Source of the DNA: Iphione sp. A-MEVVRFRX5
Taxonomy: Eukaryota
Assembly: GCA_976226885.1 (NCBI GenBank)
Contig: OZ320318.1
Location: forward strand, 35,278,001-35,342,000
Length of the DNA stretch: 64,000 bases
Direction: 5' to 3'
The notes beneath the pieces are model-generated. The model had not been told where the DNA came from, did not search any database, and was given only the letters and a program-made list of their open reading frames with translations. A program made the translations under genes and the position numbers. Shown here one piece after another: positions 12,620-25,599 of the stretch (position 1 is the first letter of the stretch; the number at the start of each line of letters is the position of its first letter).

Positions 12620-12625
12620 AATAAA
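12620..12625 (+). promoter_or_regulatory. Candidate polyadenylation signal of Ngaro element
   Basis: AATAAA immediately before B2, followed by GT-rich sequence. Confidence 0.6.
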
Positions 12626-12676
12626 GGAGAATGTTGTTTGAACCCCATTCCGTGTGTTGTATTCATTGTCTATATG
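12626..12676 (+). repeat. Split direct repeat B2 (51 bp), right end of element
   Basis: Identical to 12401-12451. Confidence 0.95.
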
Positions 12677-13199
12677 CTATGTTGCCTATCATTTGTCTAC
12701 CAGCTATGTTGAGCCCAGAGGTACTATCTCTTTCTAGGTATCCTTTGAAATGTTTAATTATCTGATACAACTAATGTCATCAAGTACAAGTTAGTGACTC
12801 AGATTTCACTAAGATGGTACAGTTCACACAGCACATTACCAGACCCTCCTTAATATTAACACAAGAAAACTCTAAACAAGCCAATCTTGGGCCCATTTCT
12901 AGGGGCTGGTTTGAGACTACACTTCACCATGAGGTAGACTAAGCAAGTAGCAGTATATTTTAATGCAGTCACTCTGATCTACTCCTGTTATAATGTTTGG
13001 AAGCTTGAAATCCACCTCTCTTCCCAAACCATCCCACGTACCCATGTTCATTAAGCTAAGTAGGACATGCCAGTTATTTCCATTATTTCCATCAACTCAA
13101 TACGCCTGTGTAACCCTCAGGTCACCCCTTGGAAGAGTCATCCTCCCAGACACCCTTTGAAGCTTTTGGGAAGTTTCTTTGTCTTTTTCAATTCCTCGG

Positions 13200-14760
13200 G
13201 CAGGTCATTCCAGATTGTTATCCCCTTATGTTATAGTGACCTCAGATAAGGGACATTCTGCAGTTTGTTCACTTTGAGGCACACCCCCATGCCTTTCCTC
13301 ATCCTAGTCCTACATGCTTGTCTAGTAACCCTGGATGGTACTGCTTGTGAAGAGCCATGATTCCTCCACATGTCACAATGTCCTCAACCCTGTCTATTCC
13401 AAAGTGGTCGCATATTGCCGCAGATGGCAGGTAGGTCTTACCTTGCAGGCACAGCCGAGCACATCTATTCACATGAATTTGGAGCTCAATGATCCTTGAT
13501 CGGGGACCATACGAGACTATAGCTTGGTAATTGATGTGGGTCAGGACCAGCAACTTGAATAATACCACTTGTACTGTCAGAAGCAGTACCCACTTAAATC
13601 TGCTGATCCTTGGGGAGATCTCCTTCACACTTTGTTTCATTTTTAGATCGCAGCTCATTTTTACTTGCAGCTCATGATTTCTGATATTGAGATCTAGGGA
13701 AACCCCACTTGGCTTGCCAAGGGAGCAGGAGGAACACTTTTGGTTACTGATTAGTAGTCCATTATCTTTGCACCACTGCAGTTTTCATTCGATGGTCTTT
13801 GCTGCATTGCCTCCTAGATGTAGTATCATTAATTAGCATAAAAAGGACCGAGAGATTGTCTGCATACAATGTGGCTCTGGTTTGAGCAAGATTGAAGTTA
13901 GATGGTTGATTACAACGATGAAAGCAGTGGGTCCAAAGATGGACACCTGCGGGATCCCTGTCTTCAAAGGTAGTGGTTTTGAATCAATCCCCTTGCACCT
14001 CACAAATTAAGACCTCCCATCCAGGTATGAAGCAATGAGTCTACAGGTGGAAGATGCTGCTCCTATTCCTCTCAGGCCTTCAATCACCTTCGTGTGTGGT
14101 ACCAGATCGAAGGCCTTTTTGAGGCCAAACAAGACAAGACAGGTATATTTCTTTGCGTTCAGAAGGTCTTGTGCTGAGTTGAGGAGTGACGCTATTGCTG
14201 TTTCATTTGACCTCCAACGCCGGAAACCATGTTGTTCTCTGCACAGCAGGCCTTGCTATCGACACACTTCTTATGTCACGACTTTAAGAAGTGTTCGCTC
14301 CTCAGGGTCTTTCCACAACTTTTGGACTCCTGGCGGGATCTCCAGTCTTGTGTCAGCAACTGCTAGCCTCATTGTGTATTGTGGACTCTGGGGGTCAAGT
14401 TCCAGCCTCACAGTTCTGTAGAGCTTATCCCACTCTTCCTCGTGATGTTCCATCTTTTCAACACTTAGGCCTTGGATTTTCTCTTCTATCAAAGAGATAA
14501 CAGCCTTGGACCATATACACACAGTCACCATTACCTTGTTGACTTTGGGTTTCCCTCTCTTTAGGTCTATGACTGTTGGTAGGTGATCTTTGTTGAACCA
14601 ATGCAGTATCCCTGACCTGCCTCTATTCGTGAATGAAACCCACAGATGGTCCAGACAATGGTCATTTGCAAGTATAGTTGGTTCCTCAATAATCTGCAGG
14701 AGGCCCCGTTTGACAGCAGGTCTGCTAGCCCTGCACCAGTTTTGTTTGCAGACAAGAAAT
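13200..14760 (-). mobile_element. Degenerate CR1/L2-group LINE ORF2 (same family as 1208-2136 and 31049-32870)
   Basis: Manual translation QHGFRRWRSNETAIA...LFGLKKAFDLV (~14100-14235), GIPQVS (~13950), 'LQIHVNRCARLCLQ' matching 'LQLHLNRCVRMCLQ' of the first copy. Confidence 0.8.
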
Positions 14761-14999
14761 TGTAGTTGAAATCACTATGATTATTTGGTCACTGCGACCC
14801 TACTATTGGAAACTAGATAACATATCCTTCAGGTCATACACCAAGTCTGCCATCTTGTCTCTCGGTGGCCTATAGAGAAGCATGATGTCAAACGGGCAAC
14901 GCATGCTTGCCTATATAGTATGTCTGAACGTGAGTGTTCCAGTTCATAACTCTTACTTCTTATTAGCTTGAACCCCTCCCTGAAGTAAATTACCACCCC

Positions 15000-16700
15000 C
15001 CCTTGCTACCCCTCATGGCCTTTCTTTCCTCACCAATTGATATCCTCGTATTGCGATTTCAGTATCCATATAGGTTTCCCCCAACCATATTTCAAGTGGT
15101 TTTGTGGTGCTAGCGATGATTTTGTACATTAAAGACTACGAATTAATACCATCGCCATTGCGTTATCAAATTTGATTTGATTTTTATGTACCAGGAACTG
15201 AAGTCCATACTGAAATAGTCTATATAGTGGCATCTTGATTAACTTGAATATTGTTACTCTGTACTGAAACTGCAAGGGATGGATCGGTTTCCATAAGCAT
15301 TTTGCTCTTTGCCGTACCTTAAGCTTTATGTACAGATTTTTAGGAGAGCAGACACTGCTGTGCAGTAGTTCATCTACATTTCCTATGACCATGCTGATCA
15401 TTGGCGAAGAATTTGGATGTGTTCAGATAAACTGAGGATTGACAATGAACACATTTTAAACTAGTTTGTCTATTAGTGGGACTGTAGAAATACTTCCTTA
15501 CGTTTTGGCAGGGTTTTTCCTTAGCAGGGGGACACTCTGGACCCTTTCCATGCGCTTAAACACTTGCACGTAGAAAGACTTAGGTTAATTTATTTACACA
15601 GTGTATTCAGCAGTGACAGTAACGCATTCCTTGATATGATTGGTGGAATTTTGTCAAAAACCAGTTGGCTTGACCTTAAGTATTTCTCTAGAGAGTGATT
15701 CAACCATTATTGGCTTGATCCCCCAGCCTTCTTGAGCGATTTGCATAGTACCACTGGGAGGAGGCGCGCATCGGTTTGGATTAGATCACCCTACACTTTC
15801 CAATTCATAATAGGTTTGATCTTACTCAAAACCAAGCCATATATCTTCATCCAGTATTCTCCAGCCGAGTTAAAAGATGGTAGTCGCTTTGCGACATATT
15901 TTTGTTTGCTTTTTTACAAGTGTCTTAACTAGTTTTTTTTCTAAATTTAATAATTCCCGAACTGCCCATGTTTCCACTATCACTGACGTCTCAAAGGAAA
16001 TAGTCTCTATTAGACATTGCATCTTGTATTCCCAGAGTCATCCACTAATTACACATCCTTCTTACCTGTCTCTTCGTCGGACACAGTGCATCGGCAGAAG
16101 TATGTATACTCGATTCTATCAACTACTATATGGAATCAAGATCGTCCACAGGCAACTGTTTCAACAATAGTAGGTATCAGCGTCATAGACAAGTCAATAG
16201 AGTTATAGGTTTTTATAACTACGTGACTAATACTATTATGACACTCTCTTATTTTCTTATTTAGAATAAATACTGGCGTGCGGTCGCTGACATATTAATC
16301 TAACACTCCTGAGGAGTTAATGTGGGTTTCATTAACAAAATTCAGGTGTAGACATGATTTTCTGGATTTACGAATAACGGTCGTTACATTTATGTGTTTA
16401 CCCAAGCCATTATTTTGAAGCAGATCTAGATTCGTCTTTGCGACACTAGATACCAACCAGTTTATGTTAAGATCTGCTTCTTCTGTGACATCCGTTCTTA
16501 GGAATCCCCTTCAGACAGTTTTGCATAGAGCCTATTCTAGATACAGTATCTGCAGGGTCTGGGATATACATGTTACACGTGTAAAGCTTTTATCTGTGGT
16601 ACATTTGTATCTAAAGATCATGCCCTTTATGATCATGTGTAGCTCTCGACAAAAGAGCTCTATGAAAGGATAATATCTTCTATTTGGATGTTCATATGAT
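15000..16700 (-). mobile_element. Degenerate LINE ORF2 (APE endonuclease to RT N-terminus); ORF1/5' remnants may extend to ~18250
   Basis: Manual translation: ADLNINWL (GDLN motif, ~16460), 'SSGV...VSDRTPVF' (SDH motif), 'INLSLSTCKCLSAWK.SRVSP', 'ISTVPLIDKLV', 'DQHG'; many stops. Confidence 0.65.
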
Positions 16701-18334
16701 TATATGTTATATTTGTTGAGATCGATTTGTATGACCCTTCTCAAAATCTCAAAATTTAAACACTAAGGTATTAAACCTGTCACTGCCCGAATAAGAGAGA
16801 CAGAGACGGCAACTTACTTATGCGACAATGGGTCGAGGGAGAAACAAATTCAGGGATACACAATAAACCAAGGTCGAATGCACATGTGAGCGTGTGTTCA
16901 AAGTACATGCATGCAGACATTTACCATTATTTATGAAGATACTGGGGTGTTTCCATAAGAGCGCTGCACGTCTATAAACTTCATGCACACAGACCCAAAC
17001 CCCAGTAGTGGAAAAACAATGAGTGGGAAAATTTCTGAATAGCTCATATTTCTGCAAGTGTGAGTTAAGCCTGCTTCAATAAAGGCACATGGACAGAGTG
17101 GAGTCCAACTTCAATCTGGTTCCTTCACAAAACGGCTCTGCCTTTTATAGGCTTACAAAAATTATAAACCTTTCTAGCAACAAAACAATTTAATATATCT
17201 GTACGACGAGCCAATCAGGAAATTTAAGATTCTAAAGGCAAGACTCGTGGAATTACTTGTGCACCTAATAATCCCACTCTGCACCAAATGACCCTAGCTT
17301 TCAGCTCCGCAACGGAACCTTCACAATAACACCACTTCTGATATCTCCAATAACAGTCTCTCCGAAATCTTATATTACAAACTAGACATTGTCGACATTT
17401 CCTATATGCACATACTAAAGATGCAGTCATAGAAACTAAGTACATGTATCTTAATACTTTCATCTCGAGGCGTCCTCCTCTGCGAATTCTGTTCTTCTTA
17501 CCTTCATGCCAGGTTCTCACGGTTTTGTGGCGTTATCTTAATCGCTAACACCAATCTCACTCCTCGTTCTGTCCTTTTTTCCAATGGTTAAAACATTATT
17601 AAAGATAGGTGGGTGCAAGGGTACGAGGAAGGGCCTGTAGGAGGTGTCGCACCAGTGAGAGAACCAACGATACCTTATCACGTCGGCAAAATAAGCCTAT
17701 AGTTAGTTGCGGCCAGTGGAGTCAACAAAAATAGTGGGCGAAATGCAAAGTGTAGAATTGTGCGTCATTTCTATTGAAATAAGAAAAACTATCTATGCGG
17801 TTGTATCATATTTAACCCCGGGCTGGGTTTACCTCATACAGTGGCGTGTGATAGGAGTGAGAGGGCTCGTAAAACTGACACTAGGCATCATGGTGGAAAA
17901 ATCGACGCGACAAAATGAGCTTTCACTAAGGTGTGGATCATAGGAGGGTGAATTGATTGACTTGTAACGTTCTATTGAGCAAAATATATCATTTGATACC
18001 AACTGTTTTTCAATATTATGACTGACCATTCAGCCTAGTCCCTAAGGGCCCCTCTACCGTAAATACCACAATGTACCAGAGATTTTTGATTGTAGGAGAA
18101 CTTCTTGCTTGCCGAGAAATAACAATTAGTAGCTTGTTCCACCAATTTATGCCATCGTAGGGGGAACCTTCTCATGTAACAGTCAAGGTTTGGTCTTTCC
18201 AGGAGCAGTTGCTGATAGTTTTCTGCTCGGTAATACTCCACTGACCCTGTCGATGGATAGACAAAAACTTCATATGATGTATTAGTAATAACAATAGATA
18301 ATCAGTCCCAAAAAAATCAGTTAAAAACAGTGTA

Positions 18335-18395
18335 CCAGGATGGAACCCTGTGATACCCCAGTGGTTACCTGCTGACTGCCTGACACTGAGCCATT
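18335..18395 (-). ncRNA. tRNA-derived SINE head / Pol III-like element
   Basis: Minus strand A-box-like TGGCTCAGTG and B-box-like GGTTCCATCC ~35 nt apart, followed by T-runs; no convincing cloverleaf. Confidence 0.4.
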
Positions 18396-18539
18396 AAAAC
18401 AAACTGACTGTGGTCTTCCAGATAGATAGGGACCCGTCCACTTATGTACTCTACTAGAGAAGCCGTAACTAAGGGAATAAGGGAGCTTCAACAAGTATAT
18501 TAATCATAGGATGATGAATAAGGGAGTTCTAACATAGGG

Positions 18540-18830
18540 GGAGAAAATGTCTGTTCCGGTAATGTGACTGACCCTAACTTTTGATTTGTTGGAACTTTTT
18601 AAAGATAATTGTTTTGCCACCATCTTGGTAATGAATAATGTTATAGATTAACACATTACACCATTTTGTTCTTTCGGTCATTAGATTTCATGTGATACTA
18701 GTATCATTAAGATCCAAGCATGGAGAGTTGTATTGTCAAGCTTGGAAACACACATTTATTATTTCCGGGATGAACCAAAATTGGAAAAAAAGGAAATAAA
18801 CACCTACCAACCGGCCGTAGATTTTCTTTT
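18540..18830 (+). mobile_element. Diverged copy of the PIF/Harbinger-like MITE at 42093-42367
   Basis: Shares AAAAT.TCTGT..TCCGGTAA...GACTGACCCT and CCATTTTGTT...CATTAG.TTTCAT.TGATA blocks with the 42.1-kb copy; ends eroded. Confidence 0.5.
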
Positions 18831-19654
18831 TCAAAATGTTACCATAAACACAGATATTCTTTTATGTTAACAAATTGCCAATCCAGGATATTGAATAGGA
18901 GTTTCACTTTTCAGGTATGAAGGTGCGTATATAATGTTAATTGATGTGTTTGTTTAGTGTGATTGTTCATATTTCATTTTTCCTCACTAACAATGCCGAT
19001 TTCTGCAAAATTGAAGGAATATCACATTATATTAATATCAACATATTGATATAATGTGTTATACTATCTTGCCTTCAAAGTTAACGGATAATTTTGATAT
19101 CGATTTTGAACTTGCAGGAGTTGGCAAAATTACAAACCCAGTAGAATGACGGACATATTAAACAGAAGGTGACCACAGAATGCAAATGCATTGTGAGAAA
19201 TATCACGCACTGAAAGTGGATACAAGCGCCTCCATAGTTTTACCTTTGTAACATTGGTCGCAGGTGCTAGATGACATTGTTAAGAATATGTCAGTACAAA
19301 TCGTCCCATATATGTCAAAACCGAGATTGGTGTGCGCTATAAACAGGCAAAAATAAAACTCCGCCAATATACTGACACGTGTGACGCTTGCAGTGACATC
19401 TGACAATTATAAATACATTTATGTGTATTTAAATACATATATACATACATACCTCCACACAATCTATACTGTAAAGATGCATACTCGTTACTTTACCAAG
19501 AATCTTTGTAAATTATCTGAAACCATTAAACATAAAACAGTACTTCCATACAGTGTCATGTTCTGTTTAACAAAGATAGTTATTTTATGTCCTCAACCTT
19601 GCTGTCCATATTTAGCATGTTTCCATTATGTCAGTTTTTAAAGGTATTGTGAAA

Positions 19655-22600
19655 GGTCTTAGGCTTGGTTAACTTAACGTCTGTAGCTTATTCTCTAAAA
19701 AAATCTCAAATTGAACTTTTATCATATGGCAATAAGTTTGATGTACTAGTTCTTTAGGAAACGTGGCTTACTAAGAAGATCTATGATGGTATGCTCCAAA
19801 TACAAGGTTATAGTTTCTGCAGATTTGACAGGGACATCTCCAGTGACGGTCATTTTAAGTCAAGGCCAAAAGGTGGTGGTTTACTTATCTATTTCAAGCA
19901 TGTTTTCACAACAATCCACAATGTTGGTGATAACAATGTAATGAATAATGACCTTGAATTGCTTGCAATTGAAATTACCCCAGGTAACATGAAGAAGACT
20001 ATTGTCCTAAATATATACCATCCTCCTTCTGGGTCTATCCCAAACTTTCTATTTTTACTGGAAAATACATCACTGAAACTTAATATGCGAAGGGATGTGT
20101 TCTTAATGGGGGACCTCAACATTGATCTACTTGATAAGAAAAATGTTTATGTCAAAAGATTTACTAATCTGCTGAAGTTGTATAATTTCACTATACATGT
20201 CAATTGTCCAACCAGAGTCACCCAGAAAACATCTAGACTCATTGATGTAATTGCCTCAAACTGTGAGCACATTGCTGTTAGTGGTGTGTCCAATGTAGGT
20301 ATATCAGATCACTACTTGACTTATGTTTGTAAAAAGATACAAAACACATCTCTAAAACCCAAAACTAAAACATTCTCTTACCGGAATGTGACTGACAACC
20401 ACCTAAGTGAGTGTATTGAGGAACTTAAGGGTGCAAACTGGTATAACTTCTATGAGATTACTAATGTTTCTGATGCCTGGTCCCTTTATATCATAGATAA
20501 CTTCTATGAGATTACTAATGTTTCTGATGCCTGGTCCCTTTTATATCATAGATTAGTCAAGTATCTTGATATCCATTGTCCAATAGTCAATAAAGTGATC
20601 ACATTCTCTGACACAGTTCCCTGGATTGATAGTGGACTGATCAAGGAGAGACGGTTAAAAAATTATTTCTTAAAAAAGGCAAAAGCAAGGAAAGATATAG
20701 ACACCACCCGAATGGCAAAGCACTTGAAGTTGCAAATTAAGAGAAGAATCCAGGCACAGAAACAATTGTACTTCAGGAAGAAGTTGCAAAACTATAGGGA
20801 AGGTAGCAAAAATTACTGGAACATTGTAAAAGAGGTAATTGGATGCAATCCTTTGAATGATGGTTCAATTCTGTTAATTAATGATGGCACCTCTATTCCA
20901 CAGGAATCGACTGCTGATGTCTGCAACTCCTACTACATCAATGTTATTAAGGACCTAACAGACAATATGCCTGAACCTGTACTCCTTGTAGTAGCACAAT
21001 GGTGCCAGAATGTATTCAATATTAACAAGTTTGATAATGGCAGTCTTGCTTCAGTTCTAGCCAAACTTAATTCATCTAAGGCCTCTAATATTCAGGATGT
21101 TACAACTGAAATATTCAAAAAAGTGTTTTCTACCTGGAACCACCAGCTATTACATGTATTGAATCTATCTATTACAGAAAGTGTTGTACCTGAATCATGG
21201 AAATGTGCAAGAGTTATCCTGCTATTTGAAGGTGGGGATAGTCATAATGTAGACAACTATAGGCCTATATCCCTTCTCCCTCTGACAGCTAAGATTATTG
21301 AAAAGCTTGTATTCATGCAACTTTATGAGTTTCTTGAAAACAATGCATTTCTATTTGAGCAGCAGTTTGGATTTAGACGATATAGAGGGACAAAAGAAGC
21401 CATATTCTCAGTTTTATATGACCTTTATGCTAACATGAATGACAAAATTCATAGTGTAGTAATATTTGTCGATCTAAAAAGGCCTTTGATAGTGTCTGTC
21501 ATGAACTCCTGCTTTATAAACTTAAACATTATTACAGTTTCTCAGACAGGACTGTTAAGTGGTTTAGGGATTTTTTATCAAATCGTACTCAATATTGTTA
21601 TGTTAACAAGTGTTCCTCAAAAACCTTGCAAATTGCTCATGGAGTTCTTCAAGGGTCCACACTCGGGCCGCTACTGTTTCATTATATATTAATGACCTAC
21701 CAAATTATTTGCCCAAAATGTTACCCTATTTGCTGATGATACCCTAATTATTGTGTCAGACAGAAACCTGCAAAGGCTAACTCTCAAGGTACAGCAAACA
21801 TGTAATAAATTGCATGATTGGTGTGTCAATAACAGACTGCTGCTTAATGTTGGTAAAACAAAAATTATGCCAATTCTTATTAATACTGACTTCTCTGAGG
21901 AGGTAAAATTTACTATTGACAAAAAACAAGTTGAATTAGTCAAGAACTACAAATATCTAGGTGTTTGGTTTGATAGTCAATTAAAATTCAAAAAGGAACT
22001 TGAGACAGTGCATTCAAAAATGACCCAAAAAATCTTTGTATTGAACAAAATTAAGAACTTCCTGAATCATGAAGATCTACTTATGTTATATAAAGAATAT
22101 ATACTACCACACATTGATAATACAACTGTGTTTCTAACTTGTAACACTAAACATGATCTGAAACGTATCCAATGACTGCAAAATAGAGCCTTAGCTATAA
22201 TTCATTCAAGGAACAAAGCCTCCATCAAAATCATTGGTGATAATGGCATTTCTATGAGTAAACTCCTCCATATCAAATATGGTTTCATAAGTACTTATGG
22301 GAGAAGCGATTATTTCTCTTTAACAATATTCCACAACCTTATATTATTGGGTTTGATTGAAGAAAAGAAACATGCCGTTGCCACGAGACACTCTGATGGG
22401 AAAAATGTGACAGTTCCTAAGCCAAGATTGAATATAATAAAAAAATCAATATATTAATCGTAATATGGACAGTCTTGTTGAGTTCAAAATGCATGCAAAA
22501 TTTCTTTGCTTAAAGAATAACAGGTATTAAGATCTTATCCTGTTTCACAACTTTATTATGTTCCAAGAACCAACAATCATTTACCAATTATGTAGTTGTA

Positions 22601-22685
22601 TCTTCAACCATATTCTGTGGTGTGAAAAACGCCCTGGTAAGGGCGACAACTTGGAATAAAAATCTATTATTACTATTATTATTAG
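19655..22685 (+). mobile_element. CR1/L2-group LINE, nearly complete ORF2 (APE+RT) with 3' tail; pseudogenised
   Basis: ETWL, GGGL, YHPP, GDLN, SDH, NYRPISLLP, QFGFR, VDLK(K)AFD (1-nt deletion ~21478), QGS.LGP, FADD, YLGV; stops/frameshifts; AATAAA 22655 and (ATT)n tail. Confidence 0.92.
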
Positions 22686-23879
22686 TACATATATATATAA
22701 TCATGGTAAGAAATACAGCTTTATTGACTTTGCCTGTTGGGTAACTAGATTTGCATTTTATACTTTCTATTTGATCTAGCAGGTAAAGACACAGGAATCC
22801 GATGTGTGTAATTCATTCTTGCATAAGCCATATCCTGTTGGTCGGGCACAAAGAGGAGACCTTGATCTAAACTCCACACATATGCCTCGGGCTCTTGATG
22901 ATGGTCATATCACTGCTCCTGCTGATATATGACACTCACTGCGCCGTTGTCGATGAGCTTACTTTGAGCTCTCTGTGCAACGTTTTCCCCGGGCTTCCAC
23001 GATAACTACAACTTACAGGAAAATGGTTTTCCATCCGTGTGCCGTTTTATCTTAATTTTACTGCTGATCAAGGTTTTCGTTCAGCAAGGTGGCGCGAAAT
23101 ATTAGATGTCCTCGTCCTTTGAGAGCACAGGATACATTCTTTAGAAAGAGAGCTTTCCAGGAATCGACGTTCAAATGGATCAAGCAAGGTACACTGTTGA
23201 CACGATTTAAGAAAGGGCAGGAACCTAATAATGAATCGCCTCTCAAGGAAGCAGCGCTGAAGAAGGTATTGTCTATTTTGGCTTGGAGTACACGTTTTCT
23301 TGTTTCATTTCCCAAGCTTATAAACGATGAAAGCTTTTCATCAGCATTGACTCGCCCCGCCAACTCATCGGCTGATAGCTATATCAGTGCATACCATCCT
23401 CAGTGTGGAAACCTAACGTCAAGGAAATGCCACCTGTAAATGAAACCTTGCGGATCACTGCAGCAGGGGTCGTGAATGGAATTCCTTCTCGGAAAGGGTG
23501 GCTATTTGTATTTGAAATGAAACGTGGTTGATTACACTTCGTCGGAACATAAAACACATGGTTGCAAGCGAGTGAGCACGCGTTAGAGCAGCGGCACTGT
23601 CACAGGTGGTTATTACATCCGCTTTCAACCATACAAAAGTGACATAACGACGTAAGTATATGAGTGAACACTCCTTGAGATACGGCAGTGATATAAGAAG
23701 CACTGAGGAGATCGAAGTAGGGAAGAAAAGATCCGATTTTCTCTGTAACACTCACCAGGGGCATAACATGTACGTCAAGCATGTAGTGCCAGGATTCCAA
23801 AAAAAGAAGAGGAAAAATGGGCCACCTGAGCTAATGAAGAAGAGAATCCGACCATACCTACTCAAAGACAAATGACAAT

Positions 23880-25470
23880 CTCTGACATCTCTGATGGTTT
23901 CTGGTGACTACGTGTCCATCTCTCTGTCACTAACCCAGGCCACAGCAGTATATGAATATACTGTGACATTTCTTCAACAGCTAGGCCTCCCACCAATTCC
24001 CCAAAATTGTGTTCCCCCTACCAGAAACCTGGTCTGGTTAGGTGTTGGCTTCCCTCAGGATAAGGTTACAAAGATATGGCTGCAGCTCTTGTGTTCATGT
24101 CATGTAGAGGCAGAGATAGACATATCCTCAAAGCAGTGCAGGTGATATGCTTTGTGCAGTCATAGACATATACCAATTTCGGGTTTATACATAAACAGGG
24201 CTCACAAATGTATGTAGATTCTCTTAGTAGGTACCATATTGCACCTAAATATGTCCATATAGTCAACTCATTATAGGGTGTTCACTGAAGAAGAACTCAT
24301 TCAGAAGATCCTCACATATTAGTATTTTCTGGCAGACCGATGCCTCAAGCAGTTAGGAGTCATAGCAGCTAAGATGTAGAAGCACACGGTGGTTCATACT
24401 TCCCACCAGGCTAGATTCAGAATGTTCAAGTTGTATATCAGTTTCTGCACCTTCTATGATACCCCATGGGTTGCTTTGCTAATTAATGACATTATCATTC
24501 GCATTGAGTATTCAGCTATGTTATACAAAAATCCACAATCACTTGGCCAGTATGTTTCAGCCATAAAACACTCTTTGATATTGCTAGGTCATTCACCTTA
24601 CACCTGAGATAGCATGAGGGTGAAGGCTTCCTTACAGACTTATGAGAAGCAATCAACCCAATTGATTGACAGAAAACTCCCAGTGTCCATGTCTCATCTA
24701 AAATTGATGGTTGCTTTGCTTTTGGGTTTGGTTGGGTCCCATCGGTGTCATGATAAAAGCATTGTATCTCTTTATGTACCATTCATTACTCCACAAGATC
24801 AACATATTGGTCAAATCACAGGCACATCTGTGAAGACCTACAGCTGCAGGATGATGGTTATGTTGTAAACATGAATTGGGCCAAGACACTATCCAAGAGA
24901 GCCCCTGCCAGCATTTTTGTCCCTAAATCTGGTACGGATACATGTCCAATAGCTGCATTGGTGAACATATACTCCCTCTTCCAGGATAATAACAGAGCAC
25001 TCCCAGTTTTCCGGAATCCAGTGTACTCTCTACCATTAACTGTGAACAAGGCTTCTAAGGTCCTAGCAGTCTTAAACAAAGCTTAGGTTTGCATCCTCAA
25101 GCCTATTCTTTGCACAGTTTTAGGCAGGGGCAGGGGGAATGACAATATTGCAGCTTTAAGGTGTGAGTGATGAAGGTATCATGGCCCAGAATACCTGGCA
25201 TTTACAGTCAGTACTTTAGGTATATATATATATCAAGGATCCTTTCAGCCTATAAGGCAGCAGCCATGCTTAAGGATGCCTAAACTTCCCTGTATAAAAT
25301 TATTTGGTTTGGCAGATGTATTCCATGTGACAGTGTAATCTATGATGAATATCACTTGCATATTATCATATGGAACAAGTCTTGGTGGGGAGTAGAACAC
25401 TTCCCCTCTCTTACAATGGATGATGTATGTTAACTGCCCACTGGTACTCTAAAATAAAGTTTATTCAATA
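23880..25470 (+). mobile_element. Decayed, internally deleted DIRS/Ngaro element (RT thumb + tyrosine recombinase)
   Basis: 'FLQQLGLP...CVPPTRNLVWLG' (RT C-term); 'FKLYISFC...SLGQYVSAIK' (YR N-term); 'CPIAAL'; GLHPQAYSLHSFRQG (HSFR at 25113-25124); AATAAA ~25453. Confidence 0.75.
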
Positions 25471-25599
25471 TAACAGATGTGATGCATCGAGATAGTGATG
25501 CTTCGAGATAGGAATGTGATCCTCAAGAATCTGAGGGGCCAAGACAAGGCGAAAATAATTACTAACAAAAAAACTGAAAGGCACCGGTATGTGGATAAG

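Larger units (their letters stand above)
8292..12676 (+). mobile_element. Ngaro-type (DIRS order) tyrosine-recombinase retrotransposon, near full length
   Basis: Split direct repeats A1(8292-8436)...B1(12401-12451)-A2(12447-12591)-B2(12626-12676) flanking gag, RT/RNase H and YR ORFs in canonical order. Confidence 0.95.
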
